14,954 nt of DNA from Fonticula alba ATCC 38817 (Eukaryota > Protista > Nucleariida), in the NCBI GenBank assembly GCA_000388065.2, contig KB932210.1; one strand, 5' to 3'. Below the pieces are notes generated by a model, which was not told the DNA's origin, ran no database searches, and saw nothing but the letters and a program-made list of their open reading frames with translations. The position numbers and the translations under genes were made by a program. Within the stretch, counting starts at the first letter, position 1. Each line of letters starts with the position of its first letter. Shown piece after piece: positions 7,701 to 14,954 of the stretch.

Positions 7701-10269
7701 CGTCTTCCTCCGGGCCATGTGCCTGCTGTCGAGCGCGCTCTTTGCGCAGGATCGCCCGGAGGCCGGGCACGCGGTGGCCCTGCTGGCCGGGTCGCCGCTG
7801 GCCGCGGTGGCCTGGAATGTGCCGCCCACGCCGGGGGCCCCGGCCACCGGGGCCGCCACGGTGGCCCCCGTGTGGCTGGCCCCCGCCGCCGGTGCGCACG
7901 ACGGCCACGGCCCGGCGGCCGCCATCAACAACCCCTGCCGGGTGGGGGCCGAGTGGCCGCCGCGCTTGGCGCCGGTCCTGGCCGGCGCCCGGGGGTCCGA
8001 GGCGGCGGCCGCCGCCCTGGCGGCCCAGCTTCGCGCCGGCCTGACCGGCCGCCCGGCCGTGCGGCACCTGCACCCGGCCGAGGGGCCGGCCTCGGGGGCC
8101 GACGGGCCGGAGCCGCTGACCGACGCGGCGCTGGCCTCGGTCGGCGCCGGGCCCCTGCCCAGCCGCTGGCCCGCCGTCCAGGCCTTCCTCATGACCGAGC
8201 TGGCCGAGTATGCCCGGGTGTTGAGCTTCAGCGCGGAGCTCCTGCTGGCACTGGCCGCCGGCAGCCCGGTGGCCCCCTCCTCGCGGGTGACCGGCGCCCT
8301 GGCGGCCATCACCGGCTCCGGCCCGAGCATGTATGGCGCCGTGTCGACGGCCGGCTCGGGGGAGGGCCCTGCCCCGGCCGGGCCCGGGCGCGTGCCCGCC
8401 TGCAACCTGGCCACCACCGGGCCCGGGCCCGGGCTGCCGCCGGCCTTCCCCGGCGACACTGTCACCCTGCCCAGCATCGGGGCCCTGCACGCCTCGTGTG
8501 CCTGGCTGCATGTGTACCGGGTGCGCTTTGCCCAGCTGCTTGACGGGGCCGGCCTCCCGGGCGACCTGGCCTGGCGGTACATCCAGTTTGTCCGCCGGGC
8601 CGGGCTCGACCCGCGGGTGGGCTTCCTGGCGCTGTCGCTGCCCCCGGCCGAGGTGGCCCTGGCGCCGGTGCTGGCCGGCGGCCCGGCCCTCGGGCATGCC
8701 ACCCTGCGCCAGCTGCCGCGCGCGTGGTTCCCCCGCGACCCGGCGGCCCTGGCCGACACGGAGCAGTTCTGCCGGCGCCTGGAGCAGACGCACGGCGCGC
8801 CGGCTCTGGACCGCGCGCCGGCCTCGGCCCCGGCCGGCGCCGCCGCCGCCGCGGTGGCCTCCGGCAAGGGGATCTCCGGGGCCGGGGCCGCCGCCGCCGC
8901 CGCCACCCGGACCTGGTTCCGCAATGTCGATGTCGGCGGCCTGCTCGAGCGCGGCCTCGAGCGCATCATCGGCGATGACACCGGGCCGCGCGGCGGCCGT
9001 GGCCCTGGCGCCCCCCCTGCCGGTGGTGCGGGTGATGCCGACGGCGCCGAGCCGCCGGCCGTGTCTCCGCCGCCTGCTGCTGCTGCCCCTGCCTTCCAAC
9101 CGGCTGCTCCCACCTTCCAGCCGGCGGCGGCTCCCACCTTCCAGCCGGCCGCCCCTACCTTCCAGCCGGCCGCCCCTACCTTCCAGCCGGCCGCCCCTAC
9201 CTTCCAGCCGGCCGCCCCTACCTTCCAGCCGGCTGCCCCTGCCTTCCAGCCGGCTGCCCCTGCCTTCCAGCCGGCCGCCCCGGCCGAGCAGTTCGTCGAT
9301 GCTCTCAGCCATACGGAGGGCGATTTCGCCGACGCGGTCCCCGGCCCGGCGGGCGGCGCCCCCCCTGCCTTTGTGTCGCCGCTGGCGGCCCCGACCTTCA
9401 TCTCGCCGGTGGCGGCCCCTCTGTCACCGGCGGCCGGCTCCCCGCCGCCCCCCCCGGCCCAGCCGGCGGCGGCGGCGGCAGCGCCAGCGCCCTCGGCCTC
9501 GCCGAGCACCCCGGCGACCGCGCAGCCGGCCGGGCCGGCCTCCCCCGCGGCCGACGCGCCGACCAGCCCCAACGGCAGTGGGCTCTTCTCGCGCCTGGGC
9601 GGCCTGCTCTTCGGCCGCGGGGCCAACAATGCCCAGGATGACTCCGGCCCCAAGGAGGTCAAGCTGGGCGAGGAGATGAAGCTCACCTACGACCCGGTCA
9701 AGAAGCGCTGGGTCCTGCCGGACGGCAAGCCCCCGACCGTGGAGGACACGCCGCCGCCGCCGCCGATGAGCTCGGCTCCCGGCAGCTCGGCCTCCCTGGC
9801 GGCCGGCGGCCCGGCGCCGGCCGGCGGTCCGGCCCTTTCTCCCGGGGGCGCGGCCCCGCCGCCGGCCCCGGCCCCCGGCACCGGCGGCGCCGGCTCGGCC
9901 GCCACCCGGGCCTCCATCAGCAGTCGCTATGTGGACCTGCTGAACCCGGGCGGCGTGTCGGCCGGGGCCCCGGGCCCGGGCGTGCCCTCGCCCTTCGGCG
10001 GCGCGCCGCCCCCGGTCCCCGGGTTCGCGCCGCCAGTGCCCGGCGGCGGTGGCGCCGGCCCCGGCGGCATGTTCGTCCCCCCGTCCTTCGTGCCGCCCTC
10101 CGCCGGGGCCCCGGGCGCCGGGCAGCTTTTCACCCCGGGGGCTGCCCCGGCGTCGGCCGACCCGAGCGCCTCCACCGGCTACATGCCCCTCTCGGTGCCC
10201 TACACGCCGTCCTACATGGCGGCCGCCTCGCCGGAGGACGGCCAGGCCGCCCCGGTCGCCGGGCACTGA
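1746..10269 (+). CDS. SEC16: Sec16 COPII/ER exit site scaffold protein; 2 exons, join(1746..4080,4274..10269), about 2776 aa including 4 codons affected by the N gap
   Basis: Two long + ORFs (1305-4187 and 3733-10269) join in frame through a phase-1 GT-AG intron: G(4080)+AG(4274-4275)=GAG. The ATG at 1746 (context AGCCATGC) marks the onset of GC3-biased codons. Sec16-type motifs occur in the expected order: RMYPGPL (cf. FPGPL), FAWRLL, GDPLRT, HWRDVLALL, FAQDRPEAGHAVALLAG, FLMTELAEYAR, YRVRFAQLLDGAGL..AWRY, then GLFSRLGG..KEVKLGEEMKLTYDPVKKRWV, PPPPM and SRYVDLLNP. Stop TGA at 10267-10269. Confidence 0.9.
2418..2825 (+). repeat. Coding tandem array: 12-nt units (ESVA, GAGTCTGTTGCT x5 perfect at 2478-2537) grading into 24-nt units (EAAPQFVP-like)
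   Basis: Read directly in the DNA and in the translation ESVAEAAAEAVP...ESVAESVA...ETAPQFVP...EAAAQFVP. Confidence 0.95.
4081..4273 (+). other. Spliceosomal intron of SEC16 (193 nt, phase 1)
   Basis: Donor CCG|GTGCGT at 4081 and acceptor CTCGCAG| at 4273. The interior is low complexity (C10, T7, (CGCT)n, (CCCG)n), and splicing restores the reading frame. Confidence 0.88.
5065..5649 (+). repeat. Coding tandem array of about 28 units of 18-21 nt (EQQYVSS / xQQYTAP / xQQQTSP / EQHTSA), interrupted by a 10-N gap
   Basis: GAGCAGCAGTATGTTTCCTCG x4 at 5140-5223, and CAGCAGTACAC(C/T)GCCCCG units thereafter. Confidence 0.95.
5394..5403. other. Assembly gap (10 N) inside the Gln/Tyr coding repeat
   Basis: Run of N. 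Confidence 1.
6178..8780 (+). other. Sec16 central conserved domain (ACE1-like) with a candidate upstream Sec13-binding blade motif; boundaries approximate
   Basis: Ordered motifs: MYPGPL at 6346, SLFAWRLL at about 6646, GDPLRT at 7471, HWRDVLALL at 7630, EAGHAVALLAG at about 7759, TELAEYAR at about 8194, YRVRFAQLL at about 8515. Upstream SPVLGVFQPGAG...GSVHLH weakly resembles the ARFGPGGQL...VEVH segment of animal SEC16A as I recall it. Confidence 0.75.
6472..6498 (+). repeat. (GGC)9 coding trinucleotide repeat, poly-Gly
   Basis: Direct reading; translates as G9 inside an insertion of the Sec16 central domain. Confidence 0.9.
9094..9285 (+). repeat. Coding tandem array, 9 copies of FQPAAP(T/A), 21-nt unit (one copy 24 nt)
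   Basis: TTCCAGCCGGCCGCCCCTACC x4 perfect at 9139-9222, flanked by variants. Confidence 0.97.
9580..9948 (+). other. Sec16 C-terminal conserved region (Sec23-interacting region in characterised Sec16s)
   Basis: GLFSRLGGLLFGR..KEVKLGEEMKLTYDPVKKRWV (9652-9714), then PPPPPM and SRYVDLLNP (9922-9948). These match the recalled KLGEENKFYYDEKLKRWV / RYVDVLNP consensus of plant, fungal and animal Sec16. Confidence 0.88.
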
Positions 10270-10812
10270 GAGGGCGCGCTGCCCGCCTGCATCCTCCCCT
10301 CATCCCCTTTCTTTCCCCCTGCACCTTCCTTTGCATTTCCCTCCCCCCGCCCCCCTTCCCAATAGATCCCACCCTGGATGTGTCCTCACTCGCCTGGCGA
10401 CAGGCGCCTTCCTCCTCGGATCGGAGCCGCCGGGGCCGGCCATCGCGTTTAAGCATACATGGAGCGGAGGTGAAAGGGGGGGGGCGGTCGGACTGGCGTT
10501 CGCCCGGGCAAGCCGCCCCCCTTCAAGGCTGGCCGGAGCCCCGAGCCCCCCGGCCGGCGAGCCAGTCCGGGGACCGGCGCAAGAAGCCCCCGGCCGACGG
10601 GCTGCAAAAGAAAAAAAAACAGCCGCCCGACACGCATCGCGGTGGAGCACCCTCGGCCTCCCAACGCAGGTCCCGGGCCAAGCCAGGGGGGCCCTGGTGT
10701 GAATATTCGCCCCCGCCGGCCCTAATCCGGCGCCCGTTAGAGGCCGGGGCCGGGCCCGCTCGTGGCCGGACAACACCAACGGCCGGACACGGCGCCGGCC
10801 CCGCGCCCCCGC

Positions 10813-10844
10813 CCGGCGCCCCGGCGCCCCGGCGCCCCGGCGCC
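10813..10844 (+). repeat. (CCGGCGCC)4 tandem repeat upstream of the tentative Sec14-like start
   Basis: Direct reading. Confidence 0.85.
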
Positions 10845-10877
10845 CCCCCAGCGCGCAACATACACCCACGCGCAGCC

Positions 10878-10937
10878 ATGCATCCCCCGCCCCCCAAACG
10901 CGCGGTGTCGGCCGGCGTCCTCGCAAGCCCGGGGTCG
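10878..10937 (+). CDS. Tentative first coding exon of the Sec14-like gene (MHPPPPKRAVSAGVLASPG...); end coordinate uncertain
   Basis: The ATG context AGCCATGCA is identical to the SEC16 start context, and possible donors lie at 10934 (GTCGGT) or 10938 (GTGATT). It cannot be connected across the gap 11126-11896. Confidence 0.3.
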
Positions 10938-11125
10938 GTGATTATTGTGTTTCTTTTTTGGGGACGCCGGGGGCGGGGCGGGGGAACGAGGCCGCGCACA
11001 TGTTTCGCCCGGCCGGTGGGGCGGCCGGCGTTGGGGTTCGGCGCGCGGGGTCCCGGGCTCCGCCCAGCGCAGGCCGATTTGGCCCGGCGCCCGGAGGGGC
11101 ATCCCCCCCCCCCGCGCCCGCGCCC

Positions 11126-11896
11126 NNNNNNNNNNNNNNNNNNNNNNNNNNNNNNNNNNNNNNNNNNNNNNNNNNNNNNNNNNNNNNNNNNNNNNNNNNN
11201 NNNNNNNNNNNNNNNNNNNNNNNNNNNNNNNNNNNNNNNNNNNNNNNNNNNNNNNNNNNNNNNNNNNNNNNNNNNNNNNNNNNNNNNNNNNNNNNNNNNN
11301 NNNNNNNNNNNNNNNNNNNNNNNNNNNNNNNNNNNNNNNNNNNNNNNNNNNNNNNNNNNNNNNNNNNNNNNNNNNNNNNNNNNNNNNNNNNNNNNNNNNN
11401 NNNNNNNNNNNNNNNNNNNNNNNNNNNNNNNNNNNNNNNNNNNNNNNNNNNNNNNNNNNNNNNNNNNNNNNNNNNNNNNNNNNNNNNNNNNNNNNNNNNN
11501 NNNNNNNNNNNNNNNNNNNNNNNNNNNNNNNNNNNNNNNNNNNNNNNNNNNNNNNNNNNNNNNNNNNNNNNNNNNNNNNNNNNNNNNNNNNNNNNNNNNN
11601 NNNNNNNNNNNNNNNNNNNNNNNNNNNNNNNNNNNNNNNNNNNNNNNNNNNNNNNNNNNNNNNNNNNNNNNNNNNNNNNNNNNNNNNNNNNNNNNNNNNN
11701 NNNNNNNNNNNNNNNNNNNNNNNNNNNNNNNNNNNNNNNNNNNNNNNNNNNNNNNNNNNNNNNNNNNNNNNNNNNNNNNNNNNNNNNNNNNNNNNNNNNN
11801 NNNNNNNNNNNNNNNNNNNNNNNNNNNNNNNNNNNNNNNNNNNNNNNNNNNNNNNNNNNNNNNNNNNNNNNNNNNNNNNNNNNNNNNNNNNNNNNN
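11126..11896. other. Assembly gap (771 N)
   Basis: Run of N, flanked by C-rich sequence. Confidence 1.
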
Positions 11897-12484
11897 CCCG
11901 CCGCAACGTGGCCCCCGCCGGCCTGGCGCCGGAGGAGGACCTCCACGACAGCCTGACCAAGCTCAGCCTCTCCCCCTGCAAGGATGTCCTGACCCCCATC
12001 AGCCTGAAGGACCCGGAGCCGGATGCGGCCGGTCGTGCGCCCTCCTTCCCCCCGCTGGGCCCGGTGTCGGTCGAGGCCCTCCTCGAGGCGGCCCCCCTCG
12101 AGACGCTCACCACCCCGGAGGAGGATCGCGCCATGGCCCAGCTGAAGGAGCAGTTCGCCGACCTGCTGCAGGGTGCGCACTTCCCGGTGTCGGACCACAC
12201 CATCGTGCGCTTCCTGCGCGCGCGCGACCTGGACATCGTACGTTCCCGCTCCTCCGGCCCATGGGCGCGTCGCTTTTCGTGCCCGTGTCTGACGCCCGCC
12301 GCTCGCCATGCATGTGCGCCTGTGTGTGTGTGTGTGTGTGTGTATACCCCCTTCCCCCCTCCCCCCCTCCCCTCCCTCCCAGGACGCCGCGGCCGAGATG
12401 CTCAAGAATAACATGGCCTTCCGCAAGGAGCGCAACCTCGACCACCTGTCCGACTTCGAGTGCCACACGCCCTCCCGGTGCGCG

Positions 12485-12523
<39 letters not shown>

Positions 12524-13949
12524 CCCCCCCCCCCCCACCCCCCCCCCCGCCGATCCGCTGTCCCTTCCCCGAGGCCCCTCCGCCTGCACCGCCCTCCTCC
12601 CCCCCCTCCCCCCCCCCCCCGTTGGGTGCCTTGCTTGCCGTGGCCCCGTCGGCGGCGCGCACCTCACCCCGATCGATGCCCCTCGCCGCCGCCCGCGGCC
12701 CCAGCGGCTACACCCGGATGCCGGACAACAACGGCGAGAACTCGCCCGCCTCCACCCGGGCCATCCTCGAGAACAACACCCTGTCGGCGCACTTCTCCAC
12801 CCGCGCCGGGCAGCCGATGCTCATCTTCGCCCCCGGGCGCACCAATGTCCCGGGCACGCTGCAAGCGGCCAACATCGAGCAGACCTGCGAGTTTGTCGTC
12901 CTCTCCATCGAATACCTGGCCCGGCATCTCCAGGAGGAGCTCAACGCCCGGTGCGCGCGGGCAACCCTTGGCCCCCTCCCCCTCCCCGCGCGCGCGCAGC
13001 CACTTGCCCCCCNNNNNNNNNNNNNNNNNNNNNNNNNNNNNNNNNNNNNNNNNNNNNNNNNNNNNNNNNNNNNNNNNNNNNNNNNNNNNNNNNNNNNNNN
13101 NNNNNNNNNNNNNNNNNNNNNNNNNNNNNNNNNNNNNNNNNNNNNNNNNNNNNNNNNNNNNNNNNNNNNNNNNNNNNNNNNNNNNNNNNNNNNNNNNNNN
13201 NNNNNNNNNNNNNNNNNNNNNNNNNNNNNNNNNNNNNNNNNNNNNNNNNNNNNNNNNNNNNNNNNNNNNNNNNNNNNNNNNNNNNNNNNNNNNNNNNNNN
13301 NNNNNNNNNNNNNNNNNNNNNNNNNNNNNNNNNNNNNNNNNNNNNNNNNNNNNNNNNNNNNNNNNNNNNNNNNNNNNNNNNNNNNNNNNNNNNNNNNNNN
13401 NNNNNNNNNNNNNNNNNNNNNNNNNNNNNNNNNNNNNNNNNNNNNNNNNNNNNNNNNNNNNNNNNNNNNNNNNNNNNNNNNNNNNNNNNNNNNNNNNNNN
13501 NNNNNNNNNNNNNNNNNNNNNNNNNNNNNNNNNNNNNNNNNNNNNNNNNNNNNNNNNNNNNNNNNNNNNNNNNNNNNCCTGCCTCTCTGCTCCTATCTCC
13601 CCCCCCCTTCCCCCCGTCCCCCGGCTAGTCGGTCATGGGCGGCCTGTGCACCTGTCGCATGCGCGGCGGGTGTCTCTCGCCCCTGTACGACCCGTCCTAC
13701 CAGTTCGACCGCTTCGACATCCACGACTTCTGGCGTCTGTCGGTCTACTCGGCCACGTCGGAGTTCATCCCGATCGCCGTGACGGCCGACGAGCTGGCCC
13801 GGTACCAGCTGCCGGAGCACCGCCGCCGGGAAGATGGCAAGCTGTGCGTGCCCCCGCCCTCGGGCCCCTCCCTGGGCCATGTGCAGGCAACCCCGCGCCC
13901 ATCCTTTGCACGCGTGCACACGCACGCACACGCACACACACACACACAC

Positions 13950-13982
<33 letters not shown>

Positions 13983-14377
13983 TCCTCGCCTTGGCTCCTC
14001 ACACTGCCCCCCCCCCCCTTCTCCACACACGCACACACAGTGTCGTGCACTTTATCTACAAGATGCCCGAGGGCCTGCACTTCCGCCTGCAATTCTGCCC
14101 CGAGTTCGATGCCAATGTGGCCGCGGCCTTCGACGGCGGCTGCACCAAGACCATGCGCCCCTCCGCCGGCGGCCACCCCTTCACCCCGGTCGACATGGAG
14201 CCCCTGCCGGAGGCCATGCACACCAAGCTCACCACCGAGGCCGACCCGCTGGTCACCCACGCCGGCACCTGGTTCTCCGGCCAGTTCACCGCCACCCAGC
14301 CCGGGCTCTACCTCCTCTCCTGGACCAACCCCAGCTCCTGGTTCCCGATCAAGGTCAGTTGCCGACTGTCCGAGTGA
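11897..14377 (+). CDS. Sec14/CRAL-TRIO lipid-transfer protein with C-terminal GOLD-like domain. Partial; visible exons <11897-12237, 12383-12477, 12705-12950, [gap], 13629-13843, 14041-14377
   Basis: The spliced translation gives SDHTIVRFLRARDLDI|DAAAEMLKNNMAFRKERNLD (CRAL_TRIO_N signature), HFSTRAGQPMLIFAPGR (start of the CRAL-TRIO domain), SVMGGLCTCRMRGGCL (Sec14 C-terminal GGxCxC..GGC motif) and GKL|VVHFIYK..LHFRLQF..GQFTATQPGLYLLSWTNPSSWFPIKV (GOLD-like). All three complete introns are phase-compatible. The 5' end and central exons lie in gaps, and the last exon boundary is less certain. Confidence 0.85.
12238..12382 (+). other. Intron (145 nt, phase 0) containing (TG)11 at 12321-12342
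   Basis: ATC|GTACGT ... CCTCCCAG|GAC; splicing joins RFLRARDLDI to DAAAEMLK. Confidence 0.92.
12478..12704 (+). other. Intron (227 nt, phase 2) containing a C36 run within a C-rich tract at 12485-12548
   Basis: CG|GTGCGC ... CTCAC (branch-like, 12663-12667) ... CCCCAG|C; the frame is preserved. Confidence 0.85.
13013..13577. other. Assembly gap (565 N), probably hiding CRAL-TRIO core exon(s)
   Basis: Run of N. The donor at 12951 and acceptor at 13628 lie on either side, and the middle of the CRAL-TRIO domain is missing from the visible exons. Confidence 0.95.
13844..14040 (+). other. Intron (197 nt, phase 2) containing a (CA)n/(CG) tract at about 13917-13982
   Basis: CT|GTGCGT ... ACACACAG|T gives CTT (Leu) and joins EDGKL to VVHFIYK. 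Confidence 0.85.
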
Positions 14378-14558
14378 CGGCGCCCGCGCCCGCCGCGGGC
14401 CCGTCCCTCCCCTGTTGTCGCTGCTCCGCGGTGTGTGCCCCCCTCCCGAGGAGAAGCCCGCGGCCACCAGCGCCCCTCTCCGCCCCCTTGCTCGGCGAGG
14501 GAGGGAGGGGGAGGCTCGAGTACCCACGGGGAGGGGAGAAAAAAATACACGCCCCCTC

Positions 14559-14591
<33 letters not shown>

Positions 14592-14638
14592 TCTGTCTCT
14601 CTCTCTCTCTGTCTCTCTCTCTCTCTGTCTCTCTCTCT
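14559..14638 (+). repeat. Compound (CT)n microsatellite with GT interruptions every 16 nt
   Basis: GT at 14579, 14595, 14611 and 14627, separated by (CT)7. Confidence 0.95.
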
Positions 14639-14954
14639 TGCGTCACCACCCCCCCCCCTCTGTGCCCCTTGCCGTCCTCCGTGCCGGTCCTCCGCCCGTG
14701 TTCGCCCGCGCGCCTGCACGCCGCCTCCTCCCCGCCACAGGTCCTGCGCACCACCACAGGGCCAGGAACACCGCCGTGTGTGTGCGTGCCGGCATGCGCA
14801 GGCACGCGCCCGGCCCCCGGTGCCGCCGGTCGGGCCCGAGGCAGGTGCAGCATCGTGGGCATCTGGTCATGGGATCCGCCGTTCACGTGAGACCACGCTC
14901 ACGGAGCCGCCCGGCGGTCTGCCTGGATCTGCAGACACGCCCCCCCCCCCCCCC

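Noticed and set aside
5101-9312. 1403-aa minus-strand ORF, and other long antisense or alternate-frame ORFs (7446-9686, 3276-4871, 2705-3910, 6657-8543)
   Set aside because: These are shadow ORFs expected opposite a GC3-saturated gene: stops are rare, there are no recognisable domains, and the repeats simply mirror the Sec16 arrays.
10270-10365. Pyrimidine tract ending in AATAG after the SEC16 stop as an extra intron acceptor
   Set aside because: There is no GTRCGY-type donor nearby and no coding-like exon downstream. A pyrimidine-rich 3' UTR is sufficient.
10380-13782. Long ORFs spanning the N gaps (10380-13628, 10737-12236, 10942-12468, 12308-14377, 12460-13782)
   Set aside because: They are artefacts of N runs and stop-free C-rich introns. 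Only the exon-sized pieces are real.
1746-14377. SEC16 and a Sec14-like gene as a functional secretory-pathway cluster
   Set aside because: Two adjacent trafficking-related genes are easily chance, Sec14-family functions are diverse, and no shared regulatory element is evident. Conserved synteny across taxa would be needed.

Overview
This is eukaryotic, very GC-rich genomic DNA from a draft assembly, with three N gaps (5394-5403, 11126-11896, 13013-13577). Spliceosomal GT-AG introns, C-rich microsatellite-filled introns and near-saturated GC3 suggest a protist; the organism cannot be identified from the window. Two + strand genes explain almost everything. (1) A two-exon SEC16 (COPII/ER-exit-site scaffold): 1746-4080 joined to 4274-10269, about 2776 aa. 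I recognised it from its central conserved domain motifs and C-terminal motifs; it carries three separate coding tandem-repeat arrays. (2) A multi-exon, gap-interrupted Sec14/CRAL-TRIO lipid-transfer gene with a C-terminal GOLD-like domain (visible exons 11897-14377). Bases 1-1700 are non-coding-looking upstream sequence, possibly a divergent promoter. I see no mobile element, CRISPR array, RNA gene or prokaryotic system, and no evidence of a wholly new biological system. The most interesting observations concern the unusual architecture of this Sec16. All family assignments are motif recognition from memory, not database results.
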